DNA from: Candidatus Fraserbacteria bacterium
Lineage (GTDB): Bacteria > Bipolaricaulota > Bipolaricaulia > RBG-16-55-9 > DRXL01
NCBI GenBank assembly: GCA_037441155.1
Contig: JBBISQ010000007.1
Span: forward strand, 1 to 39,709
Length of the DNA stretch: 39,709 nucleotides
Reading direction: 5' to 3'
Under the pieces are notes generated by a model. That model ran no database searches and was not told where the DNA came from. It worked only from the letters and a program-made list of their open reading frames with translations. A program made the position numbers and the translations under genes. Positions 1 through 9,331 of the stretch are shown here, piece by piece; position 1 is the first letter of the stretch; each line of letters opens with the position of its first letter.

Positions 1-1
1 A

Positions 2-202
2 GAGGAGCTTATAGCGGGCAGTGAGGAAGAGATCGAGATTCGCGCTAGTACGATCTGGGCGGTAGAATTACTGAAACAAGAGCTAGAAAAGCTTGGTCGT
101 TCGCTGCGCAGCTTTGAGATCGATTGGTTCCTGTGGAACTTAGGGCAAGACGAAGTGTTCAAACAGAAGCCGTATCACCGGGTGCGTACGATCTTTTATT
201 AA
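2..202 (+). CDS. 3' end of an unassigned CDS, 5'-truncated by the window edge
   Basis: Frame 2 is open from the window edge to TAA at 200-202 (67 codons, ending ...FEIDWFLWNLGQDEVFKQKPYHRVRTIFY*). It is absent from the ORF track only because it has no in-window start. No family assigned with confidence. Confidence 0.4.
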   Translation, partial: EELIAGSEEEIEIRASTIWAVELLKQELEKLGRSLRSFEIDWFLWNLGQDEVFKQKPYHRVRTIFY

Positions 203-207
203 TCTGC

Positions 208-236
208 TTGTCAGCCTTTATCTCGCCAGCTATACT
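208..236 (+). promoter_or_regulatory. sigma70-type promoter of the TIR/antitoxin/PIN cassette
   Basis: TTGTCA (208-213), 17-nt spacer, TATACT (231-236). The ATG at 247 lies 10 nt after the -10 box with no Shine-Dalgarno, so the mRNA is leaderless or nearly so. Confidence 0.5.
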
Positions 237-246
237 TAGAACAGAT

Positions 247-723
247 ATGGCCTATAAAGTCTTTATCAGTCACAGCACTCAAGATCAAGGGCTTGTCATC
301 AATCTTGCCAAGTTACTCCAATGGCTTGGGGGGGAAGTATTTGTGGCTGAATGGTATCTCAGTCCCGGAGAGCGCCTTGATACAAAAATAAGAAGGCAAA
401 TACGAGATGCAGATTGCTTTCTCGTTCTATTGACGCACAATGGAATTCGCTCGCAGTGGGTGCAGCAAGAAATAGGCATTGCTCTGGAGGCAGGCAAGCA
501 GATTATCCCTATAGTAGAGAAGGGCACTGATTTGAGAACCTTGGGAATTTTACAGGGACGAGAATATATTGAGTACGATCCTCTCTCTCCTAGCCAGGCT
601 CTGGCCGAGGTGGTAAAATACGTGAACTCGCTTCAGCTGAAGAGAAAAGACCAAAAGAAGCTCTGGCTCATTGGTGCCGGTATCTTGGCCTTCTTTATGT
701 TGCTTTCAGGAGGAGAAAGATGA
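247..723 (+). CDS. TIR domain protein with a C-terminal transmembrane anchor (158 aa)
   Basis: Starts MAYKVFISHSTQDQ. Has the FISHS...D, DCFLVLLT and SQWVQQEIG(IA) blocks typical of bacterial TIR domains, including the Glu of the W-x-x-E motif. C-terminal hydrophobic helix LWLIGAGILAFFMLLSGG. The ORF-track start at 124 overlaps the upstream gene and the promoter, so ATG 247 is preferred. Confidence 0.85.
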   Translation: MAYKVFISHSTQDQGLVINLAKLLQWLGGEVFVAEWYLSPGERLDTKIRRQIRDADCFLVLLTHNGIRSQWVQQEIGIALEAGKQIIPIVEKGTDLRTLGILQGREYIEYDPLSPSQALAEVVKYVNSLQLKRKDQKKLWLIGAGILAFFMLLSGGER

Positions 724-994
724 AATTATCGTATTTGCCTTCCAAGGATGAGATGATTTTAGAAATCGGCTCTGTCCAAACCAAACCCGCCATAGCAAGA
801 GGCTCCCTGAAGATATGGAGCGACAAAAAACATCTTATTGCCGGAATCGCGATAACAGAATACACAAAAATTCTGGATGAATTTCGCAAGAATCTGCATG
901 TTGTGAAACTCGGCGGCCTCTGGCAGGGTGTCAAGATCACGGATGCAGATATTAGGGAAGCTCGCAGATCGCTGCTAGCTCAGCTCGAGGAGCA

Positions 995-1001
<7 letters not shown>
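720..1001 (+). CDS. DUF2283-like type II antitoxin (VapB-type partner of the downstream PIN protein)
   Basis: N-terminus MKLSYLPSKDEMILEIG...LIAGIAITEY fits the DUF2283 pattern. The C-terminal GLWQGVKITDADIREARRSL tail resembles tails seen in antitoxins of PIN toxins. ATGA overlap with the TIR stop, and overlap with the PIN start. Confidence 0.7.
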
Positions 1002-2670
<1,669 letters not shown>

Positions 2671-2702
2671 GTGCGCTGGCGTTTGGATAAAATAAAATAC
2701 CC

Positions 2703-3107
2703 ATGCGACTGGAATACTTCATCTATGCTTTGGTAGCCGTGATTGCAGTGACGGGGTTATGGAACCTCACTCGCTATGACCAAGTGGGCATCGCTTCTTG
2801 GTACGGCGAGCCCTTTCATGGGCGGCGCACCTCCAGTGGTGAAATCTACGATATGCACAAGCTCACAGCAGCTCATCTCACGCTGCCGTTTGGGACGATC
2901 GTGCTCGTCACAGATTTAGAGACGGGCAAGAGCGTTGTCGTCAAGATCAACGACTGCGGGCCGTATGTCGAAGGGCGCATTATTGATCTCTCGTTCGCTG
3001 CGGCAGAGAAGCTGGGTATGGTGCGCAAGGGTCTGGCCAAGGTGGGCCTCAAAGTGCTCAAGTATCCCGATCCTCTCCCAACAAAAAGATGCTTACCCGA
3101 GAGGTAA
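2703..3107 (+). CDS. RlpA-like double-psi beta-barrel (septal ring lytic transglycosylase family) protein
   Basis: N-terminal TM/signal segment, then GIASWYGEPFHGRRTSSGEIYD...AAHLTLPFGT...V.VKINDCGPYVEGRIIDLS, the RlpA/DPBB signature. Confidence 0.85.
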   Translation: MRLEYFIYALVAVIAVTGLWNLTRYDQVGIASWYGEPFHGRRTSSGEIYDMHKLTAAHLTLPFGTIVLVTDLETGKSVVVKINDCGPYVEGRIIDLSFAAAEKLGMVRKGLAKVGLKVLKYPDPLPTKRCLPER

Positions 3108-5686
3108 AATCTTTCAGTGACGCGGAGATTTTCGCGCTCTTGCACCCCTTGGTGCGGCGCTGGTTCACCGAAAAGTTTTCGGCGTTCAGCCCGCCGCAGC
3201 GATTCGCTATCCCCCATATTCATAACAGGAAGAACTGTCTGATTTCAGCGCCGACGGGCTCAGGCAAGACCCTTGCTGCGTTCTTGGCCATCATCAACGA
3301 GTTGGTTCAGCTGGCGTCGCAGTATGCCCTCGAAGATCAGATCTATTGTGTGTACATCTCGCCGTTGAAAGCTTTGGGGAATGATATCGAGCGCAACCTT
3401 CAAGAACCCTTGCGCGAGATGGAAGCCCTCGCCGGGCAGAAGCTGGGCATCCGAGTGGAAGTCCGCACTGGCGATACGTCTAGCGAAAAGCGCCAGAGAA
3501 TGCTCAGAAACCCCCCACATATTCTCATCACCACGCCCGAATCGTTCGCGATTGCGTTGTCAGCGAAACAGTTCTCGAATTATTTCAGCTATGTTCGTTG
3601 GGTGATCGTGGATGAAGTGCATGCGCTTGCGGAGAACAAGCGCGGGGTGCATCTGTCGCTCTCGCTGGAACGTCTTCAAGAGTTGTGCGATTTTGCTCGG
3701 ATTGGGCTTTCGGCGACAGTCAGCCCGCTCGAGGAAGTCGCCAAGTTTTTGGTGGGGCGACGCTACGGCCAAGCCCTGGCCTCCTTGGGAGCAGAAGACC
3801 CTTGGCGCGATTGCGTCATTATAGACGCACGCTTTGAGAAGAAGCTCGATCTCCAAGTCCTCAGCCCGGTGGAGGACTTCGTGCACTGCTCCTTTGAAGA
3901 GTTGAATGCCAATCTCTATGCGCTTCTTGATAGTCTGATTCGTCAGCACCGCTCGACCCTGATCTTCACCAACACGCGCGCGCTCACCGAACGAGTCGTG
4001 CACACGCTCAAAGAGAAATTCCCCCACTACGTCGAAGTCATCGGAGCCCATCACAGCTCGCTCAGCAAAGAGCTGCGATTGGATATCGAGAGACGCTTGA
4101 AGAACGGGGAACTCAAAGTCGTCGTCTCCAGCACGAGCTTGGAGCTGGGCATCGACATTGGATATATAGATTTGGTGATCTTGCTCGGCTCGCCCAAGAG
4201 CGTGACGCGCGCGCTGCAGAGAGTCGGGCGCTCTGGGCACAAGCTGCACGACACGATCAAAGGGCGCATGGTCGTCACCGATCAAGATGACTTGGTCGAA
4301 TGCGCCGTGATGATGCGCAGCGCCCTCGATCACAAATTAGAAAAACTGCATATCCCCAAGAATTGTCTCGATGTGTTAGCCCAGCAGATCTTTGGCATTC
4401 TGCTCGATGGGCCGACATACGCTGAAGAACTCTATGAGCTGGTCACGCGCAGCTACAACTTTTCTGAGCTGAGCCGCGAGCACTTCGATAACGTCCTAGA
4501 ATATTTAGCTGGCGAGTACACGGACCTAGAAGACCGTCACGTCTACGCGAAGATCTACCATGATAGAGAGACGGGCGAGATTCGCACGCGCGGGCGACTC
4601 GCTCGCGCCTTGTACATGACCAATGTCGGAACAATCCCCGATGAGTCGTATATTATCGTCAAAGCCGGGAACAAGCGCATCGGCCAGATTGAAGAGGGCT
4701 TTTTAGAGATGCTGCGCAGGCACGACACGTTCGTGCTCGGGGGAGAAACTTATAAATTTAAGTTCTCGCGCGGGATGACCATCCAAGTCGAGTCCGCTCA
4801 AGAAGAACGTGCTACGGTACCCAGCTGGTTCTCAGAGATGCTCCCGTTGAGCTTCGAGTTGGCTCTGGAGATTCAAGAGTTTCGCTCGGCGCTCTATGAG
4901 TTCTTTGCGCGCGGGGCCTCCCCCAGCGAGATCAAAGAGTATATTCGCACAGAGTTACAGCTTGACGCGCGCGGGGTCGAGTCGCTCTACCGATATTTTG
5001 CGGAACAGCACCGATTCTCTCGACTGCCCCATCGGCGCAAATTGCTCATAGAGTTCTATCACGAGGGGCTCAAGACGATCGTGATCTTCCATGCGCTCTT
5101 TGGGCGTCGGGTGAACGATGCGCTCAGCCGGGCGCTGGCGTATCTGATCGCCCGCCGGGAGGATAAAGACATCGAGATCGCTGTCACCGATCACGGCTTC
5201 TATCTCGCGTATGAGGGCTCGGTCAAAGTGATGGAAGCGTTTGATCTTCTCAAAGAGCGAGACTTGCGAGAAGTGCTGCGCGACGCGCTGCGCGATACCG
5301 AGATTCTCCGAAGAAGATTTCGCCACTGCGCCACGAGAGCTTTGATGATTTTGAGAAGCTACAGGGGGCAGCGCAAGTCCGTGGGCCGCCAGCAGCTGAA
5401 AGCGTCTATTTTACAGAACGCCGTCGAGCGCATGGACGAGTATTTCCCCATTCTGACGGAAACGTATAGAGAAGTGATGGAGGACGCGATGGACATTGAG
5501 AACGCGCAAAAGATTCTCGACGAGATTCGGTCGGGACAGATTGAACTTGAGGGCTTTGTGAGCCCGTCGCCATCGCCGTTTGCGCTGCACATTGTGATGC
5601 ACGCGCGGTCTGATATTATCAAGGTCGAAGACAGGCAAAAGTTTTTGCAGAAGATGTACGAGCGATTGAACAGCGCTGCTCTGTGA
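3089..5686 (+). CDS. Lhr-type DEAD/DEAH-box ATP-dependent helicase
   Basis: Walker A APTGSGKT, DEVH box (VIVDEVHAL), SAT (LSATV), motif VI (QRVGRSGH). The long C-terminal region is typical of Lhr-core helicases (865 aa). Confidence 0.85.
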   Translation: MLTREVKSFSDAEIFALLHPLVRRWFTEKFSAFSPPQRFAIPHIHNRKNCLISAPTGSGKTLAAFLAIINELVQLASQYALEDQIYCVYISPLKALGNDIERNLQEPLREMEALAGQKLGIRVEVRTGDTSSEKRQRMLRNPPHILITTPESFAIALSAKQFSNYFSYVRWVIVDEVHALAENKRGVHLSLSLERLQELCDFARIGLSATVSPLEEVAKFLVGRRYGQALASLGAEDPWRDCVIIDARFEKKLDLQVLSPVEDFVHCSFEELNANLYALLDSLIRQHRSTLIFTNTRALTERVVHTLKEKFPHYVEVIGAHHSSLSKELRLDIERRLKNGELKVVVSSTSLELGIDIGYIDLVILLGSPKSVTRALQRVGRSGHKLHDTIKGRMVVTDQDDLVECAVMMRSALDHKLEKLHIPKNCLDVLAQQIFGILLDGPTYAEELYELVTRSYNFSELSREHFDNVLEYLAGEYTDLEDRHVYAKIYHDRETGEIRTRGRLARALYMTNVGTIPDESYIIVKAGNKRIGQIEEGFLEMLRRHDTFVLGGETYKFKFSRGMTIQVESAQEERATVPSWFSEMLPLSFELALEIQEFRSALYEFFARGASPSEIKEYIRTELQLDARGVESLYRYFAEQHRFSRLPHRRKLLIEFYHEGLKTIVIFHALFGRRVNDALSRALAYLIARREDKDIEIAVTDHGFYLAYEGSVKVMEAFDLLKERDLREVLRDALRDTEILRRRFRHCATRALMILRSYRGQRKSVGRQQLKASILQNAVERMDEYFPILTETYREVMEDAMDIENAQKILDEIRSGQIELEGFVSPSPSPFALHIVMHARSDIIKVEDRQKFLQKMYERLNSAAL

Positions 5687-5694
5687 TCCAAGCC

Positions 5695-5736
5695 CGACGA
5701 GCCGTTTGCCTTTCTCCACTACCCTCCGTATAATGC
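5695..5736 (+). repeat. direct repeat copy 1 (promoter-containing) flanking hicBA
   Basis: CGACGAGCCGTTTGCCTTTCTC is identical to 6226-6247, followed by a similar ...CCGTATAATGC. The two copies are offset by 531 nt. Confidence 0.85.
5706..5734 (+). promoter_or_regulatory. sigma70-type promoter upstream of hicB
   Basis: TTGCCT (5706-5711), 17-nt spacer, TATAAT (5729-5734). hicB ATG is 22 nt downstream with a GAAGGGA ribosome site. Confidence 0.6.
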
Positions 5737-5756
5737 AAGGGAGTTGAAGGGAACCT

Positions 5757-5978
5757 ATGAAAGTCGAGGTAGAAGCCTATTGGGATGGAGAAGCTTGGTG
5801 TGCCCGTGCTAAACGCCATAGCATCTATACCTTTGCTGAGACTCTTGACACATTGCTCGTGAACATCAAGGAAGCGGTGGCGCTCTATTTTGAAGAGGAG
5901 ACTTCAGCAAAGAAACCCATCCAAATTGCGCTCACCGTGAAGGCTCATGTCCCTGAAGTGGCCGCGCATCCGCGTTGA
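5757..5978 (+). CDS. hicB: HicB family antitoxin
   Basis: 73 aa. The pattern ...YWDGEAWCARA...TLDTLLVNIKEAVALYFEEE matches the HicB/UPF0150 N-terminal fold. Overlaps the hicA start. Confidence 0.75.
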   Translation: MKVEVEAYWDGEAWCARAKRHSIYTFAETLDTLLVNIKEAVALYFEEETSAKKPIQIALTVKAHVPEVAAHPR

Positions 5979-6195
5979 GCGATTGATCGCTCTCTTAGAA
6001 CATCTTGGATATCAACAAATTCACCAGCGAGGAAGCCACCTCAAGATGCGCAAATATATTGCTGGCCGAGAGCATAATATTGTGATTGTCGTACATCATG
6101 GCAGAGATATACCCATTGGCCACTTGCAAGATGTTTTGAAAGATGTCGCGCAACATAACGGTGTTCCAGTAGAGGATTTAATGAAAAATCTCTAG
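5947..6195 (+). CDS. hicA: HicA family mRNA interferase toxin
   Basis: RVERLIALLEHLGYQQIHQRGSHLKM is the (L..LGF...R..GSH) HicA signature, with the C-terminal IPIGHLQDVLKD tail. Confidence 0.8.
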   Translation: MSLKWPRIRVERLIALLEHLGYQQIHQRGSHLKMRKYIAGREHNIVIVVHHGRDIPIGHLQDVLKDVAQHNGVPVEDLMKNL

Positions 6196-6225
6196 AATTC
6201 TCTGCCCGGAGCTAGGACTCTCTCG

Positions 6226-6267
6226 CGACGAGCCGTTTGCCTTTCTCAGATACGCCCCGTATAATGC
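6226..6267 (+). repeat. direct repeat copy 2 (promoter-containing) flanking hicBA
   Basis: Same 22-nt core as 5695-5716, plus ...CCGTATAATGC. Confidence 0.85.
6237..6265 (+). promoter_or_regulatory. sigma70-type promoter of tatC
   Basis: TTGCCT (6237-6242), 17-nt spacer, TATAAT (6260-6265). A duplicate of the promoter at 5706-5734. Confidence 0.6.
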
Positions 6268-6296
6268 GGATGAGTTCGCACACACATTCGCTTGCT

Positions 6297-7181
6297 ATGG
6301 CCAGGAAGGACCCAAATCAAATGAGCTTGATCGAGCACTTGGACGAGCTGCGCGTCCGCGTGATCTACTCGCTGCTTGTCGTGCTCTCTATCGCGATCAT
6401 CGCGTATATCTTCCGCGAGCAGATCATGGCCTTTCTCACAGGGCCGCTGCGCGCCCTCAGCGGCTCGCGCTCGGAACTCTTGAGACTGCTCGAATCGTGC
6501 CGCTCGCTGCTTATTGACCCCACCGCCTTGCAGATGCCCGAAGATCGCTGGTCCCAGCTCGCTTTTGACTGCCGACGCTTTCTCTTCCAGGGCGGCAGCT
6601 TGATCTTCATCCGCCCGACGGAAGTCTTCTTCGGCTACATTAAGCTTGCCCTCTTCGTCGGGCTGTTGATCGGCGCGCCCTTTGTTCTCTATCAGATCTG
6701 GCAATTTATCGTGCCGGCGCTCTTCCCCCACGAGAAAAAATATGCGCGGTACGGGTTTCTCGCAGGCGCGGGATTGTTCTATGTGGGTGCGTTTGGGTGT
6801 CTCTTCTTCGTCGTGCCCATCGCCATCAGATTTCTGATCGAACTAGGGGGGAATTATCTCCAAGCGGCGTTCACCTTCGATAACTACATCTCGTTCATTC
6901 TCTGGCTGATGCTGGGGTTTGGGGTCTCTTTTGAGCTGCCCGTTGTGCTCTTTCTGCTTGCTAAGATCGGCCTGATCTCGCACAAGTTCTTGCGGGAGAA
7001 GCGCAAGTACGCTATAGTATTAGCGCTCGTCTTGGGCGCGGTCCTCACCCCAACCCAAGACCCCTTTACCATGATGACTATGGCGATTCCGCTGATCGTC
7101 TTATATGAAGCGACGCTATGGATCATCCGATTCACCGAGAAGAGGGCTGAGACTGAAATCGTTGCAGAAAAGGGAGGTTGA
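6297..7181 (+). CDS. tatC: twin-arginine translocase subunit TatC
   Basis: MSLIEHLDELRVRVIYS start region, six hydrophobic segments, and the ...LTPTQDPFTM... motif. Start moved to ATG 6297 (or 6321) because the ORF-track start 6237 lies inside the promoter. Confidence 0.9.
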   Translation: MARKDPNQMSLIEHLDELRVRVIYSLLVVLSIAIIAYIFREQIMAFLTGPLRALSGSRSELLRLLESCRSLLIDPTALQMPEDRWSQLAFDCRRFLFQGGSLIFIRPTEVFFGYIKLALFVGLLIGAPFVLYQIWQFIVPALFPHEKKYARYGFLAGAGLFYVGAFGCLFFVVPIAIRFLIELGGNYLQAAFTFDNYISFILWLMLGFGVSFELPVVLFLLAKIGLISHKFLREKRKYAIVLALVLGAVLTPTQDPFTMMTMAIPLIVLYEATLWIIRFTEKRAETEIVAEKGG

Positions 7182-7184
7182 GCT

Positions 7185-7745
7185 ATGGGCGTCAGTGATC
7201 TGGGCAAGGGCAAAGTGATCGAATACGAAGGGGAACTTTGGATTATCGAAGAGTACGCGCACGTGAAGAAGGCGCAGGGGCGCCCCGTGGCGCAGTGCCG
7301 TCTGAGGCACATCAAGACCGGAAAAGTCATTCCCCAGAACTTCTTCGATTCCGCACCGGTGAAGATCGTCCATCTCGATGAGCGCCCGATGCAGTATCTC
7401 TACAGCAGCGGGAACCTCTACACGTTCATGGACATGGAGACGTTCGATCAGTATACGCTCACCGAAGAGCAAGTTGCCGATGTCAAGCCCTATCTGAAAG
7501 AGAACATGGAGGTCTCCGGGCTCTTCTATGAGGGCTCGTTCGTGAAGGTCGAGATGCCGCTCACGGTCGAGCTCCAGGTCACGAAGACCGATCCCGGCGT
7601 GCGGGGCGACACCGTGAGCAACGTGATGAAGCCCGCGGTGCTCGAAACCGGGCTCGAGCTGAAAGTCCCGCTCTTCATTAATGTTGGGGACTGGGTCAAA
7701 GTGGACACGCGCACCGGGCAGTATGTGGAGCGCGTCAATCGCTGA
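7185..7745 (+). CDS. efp: translation elongation factor P
   Basis: 186 aa. Colinear with E. coli EF-P without gaps through the N-terminal domain. C-terminal TDPGVRGDT...KPAVLETG..LKVPLFI..GD.VKVDTRTG.YVERV. GGAGG ribosome site upstream. Confidence 0.95.
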   Translation: MGVSDLGKGKVIEYEGELWIIEEYAHVKKAQGRPVAQCRLRHIKTGKVIPQNFFDSAPVKIVHLDERPMQYLYSSGNLYTFMDMETFDQYTLTEEQVADVKPYLKENMEVSGLFYEGSFVKVEMPLTVELQVTKTDPGVRGDTVSNVMKPAVLETGLELKVPLFINVGDWVKVDTRTGQYVERVNR

Positions 7746-7750
7746 GGATT

Positions 7751-8158
7751 ATGGCCAATGAGCGCAAAGCCGCACAGCGTCTGGCGCGGCGGGGGCACGT
7801 CTCGATTGCGGAAGAAGTCATCAGCTCGATCGCGAGCATTGCCGCTCAGGAGGTGGAAGGGCTGAGCGGCCTGAAGGGCACGGTGGCCGACGGTTTAGCC
7901 GCGCTGCTCTCCGGGGAGAAGCGCCGGGGCGTCGCGGCGCAGCTCTCAGAAGACCAATCCATTCGGATTCGGCTCAAAGCCGTTATACGCTACGGCTATC
8001 CCATTCATGAAGTGGCGCGAAAAGTCCAAGCGAAGGTGAAGCAAGAGATCGAGGGGATGACCGGCTTGCGCGTTTCGGCCGTGGATGTCTATGTGCATGA
8101 GCTTGACACCGGCGACAGGGTGCGAGCGAGGGAGCAGCGTGCGAAGGAGGAGCCGTGA
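7751..8158 (+). CDS. Asp23/Gls24 family envelope stress protein
   Basis: VSIAEEVISSIASIAAQEVEGLSGL and ...YGYPIHEVARKVQAKVKQEIEGMTGL..V.VYV are Asp23-family hallmarks. Confidence 0.85.
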   Translation: MANERKAAQRLARRGHVSIAEEVISSIASIAAQEVEGLSGLKGTVADGLAALLSGEKRRGVAAQLSEDQSIRIRLKAVIRYGYPIHEVARKVQAKVKQEIEGMTGLRVSAVDVYVHELDTGDRVRAREQRAKEEP

Positions 8159-8745
8159 AGCAGACTGTAGATTACGTCGTGGAGATTTTATACGCCGGCG
8201 CGTTTCTTGTGTGCTGGGCTGGGACGGCAGGGCTGCTGTGGATAGCGTTTGGGGTAGCGACTGCCCCCACTGAGAGAGTGTGGGAGTTCTTTCTAGCATT
8301 CATCAAGAACACGTGGGGGATCGTGCTTCTTGATGTCGTCGCCCTGCTCTTCTTTCTGATAGGGGTCTATTTCTTGGCGCAGCTCTTGCAGGCGCGGCGG
8401 CGCTGGCAGCGCATCCAGCACGAAAGCCCGCGCGGGCCGGTGGAGATCTCGCTCTTTGCCATTCGCTCCTACATCGAGCGGATTCTCGCTTACGAGTTCG
8501 GGTTGCGGCGCTACCGGGTCGCTTTGGAGAACACCGGCAAGGGGTTATATGTCTTCATTCGCGCGGAGCTGCCCCTCGGCCGCAATGTCCTCGACACCGC
8601 GGAGAGGATCCAGCAAGTAGTTGAGGAGAAGGTAGGGGACCGCGTCGGGGTCGCAGTCCACCGCGTGGAGGTGGTCGCCGCGGGTATCGCGAGCGAAGGC
8701 ATGGAAGAGCGGCCGCTCTTCCGCGGCGAGGGAGAGATCGAGTGA
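8155..8745 (+). CDS. AmaP-like membrane anchor protein of the Asp23 system
   Basis: Two N-terminal TM helices, then an Asp23-like C-terminal half. GTGA overlap with asp23. The asp23-amaP-DUF2273 order is known from Firmicutes. Confidence 0.6.
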   Translation: MKQTVDYVVEILYAGAFLVCWAGTAGLLWIAFGVATAPTERVWEFFLAFIKNTWGIVLLDVVALLFFLIGVYFLAQLLQARRRWQRIQHESPRGPVEISLFAIRSYIERILAYEFGLRRYRVALENTGKGLYVFIRAELPLGRNVLDTAERIQQVVEEKVGDRVGVAVHRVEVVAAGIASEGMEERPLFRGEGEIE

Positions 8746-8936
8746 TGGTGCGCCTATCTCCGAGTGCTCTGGGCGCGATGGCGGGCATCGTTGTCGGCCT
8801 TCTGTGGATCTGGCTTGGCGTGCAACTGTTCTTGGTCTTATTTCTTGCAGCGCTGGGATTTGCGATCGGCAAGCTGTTGGAATCGGAAGAGCTTCGCGAA
8901 CGGATGCGCGATCTCTTCTCGTTCTTCTACCGATGA
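8745..8936 (+). CDS. DUF2273-like small integral membrane protein
   Basis: About 63 aa with two hydrophobic helices (GAMAGIVVGLLWIWLGV / LFLVLFLAALGFAIG). Overlaps the neighbours at both ends (TGATG and ATGA). Confidence 0.6.
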   Translation: MVRLSPSALGAMAGIVVGLLWIWLGVQLFLVLFLAALGFAIGKLLESEELRERMRDLFSFFYR

Positions 8937-9331
8937 AGACGCTATCACGCCGCGCCGCCCGGGAGCGCATTCTGAAACTTCTCTTTCAGAAAGATTTTCG
9001 CTCCATCAGTTGGTCGGAGCTTCTTGCAGAGCAGCCCACCGATGACCCCTACGTGCGTGAAGTCATTCAGGGCCTGGAGAGCACTTGTTCTGAGATTGAT
9101 AAGCTCATCGCGGAGAAGGCTGAGGGCTGGCGCCTGGAGCGCCTGCACTCTGTGGACAGGAACATCTTGCGCTTGGCCGTCTATGAGCTGTGCTACCGCG
9201 AGGATGTGCCCCCTCAAGCGATCATTGATGAGGCCGTGGAACTCGCAAAGAAATACAGCGGCGAGCATTCCCCAGCCTTCATCAATGGGATCTTAGATCG
9301 CATCTGGAAGGAGCGAGTTTCTCGCCGATGA
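8933..9331 (+). CDS. nusB: transcription antitermination factor NusB
   Basis: MKTLSRRAARERILKLLFQ..., DRNILRLAVYEL...VP..AIIDEAVELAKKY, FINGILD. True start is ATG 8933; the ORF-track extension from 8804 overlaps the DUF2273 gene. Confidence 0.9.
   Translation: MKTLSRRAARERILKLLFQKDFRSISWSELLAEQPTDDPYVREVIQGLESTCSEIDKLIAEKAEGWRLERLHSVDRNILRLAVYELCYREDVPPQAIIDEAVELAKKYSGEHSPAFINGILDRIWKERVSRR

Noticed and set aside
124-246. N-terminal extension of the TIR ORF (ORF-track start at 124, 199 aa)
   Set aside because: It overlaps the 3' end of the upstream gene (stop at 202) and the predicted promoter (208-236). The TIR domain starts right at MAYKVFISHS (ATG 247). The extension has no recognisable domain.
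3560-4333. 257-aa minus-strand ORF
   Set aside because: It is antisense to the well-supported Lhr helicase gene. The sequence is low-complexity and Arg/Ala/Gly/Asp-rich, typical of shadow ORFs in GC-rich DNA.
6237-6296. Upstream extension of tatC (ORF-track start 6237)
   Set aside because: The extension would start inside the duplicated promoter (-35 at 6237-6242, -10 at 6260-6265). TatC homology starts at about MSLIEHLDELR.
8804-8932. Upstream extension of nusB (ORF-track start 8804)
   Set aside because: It overlaps the DUF2273 gene in another frame. NusB homology starts at MKTLSRRAARE (ATG 8933, ATGA overlap).
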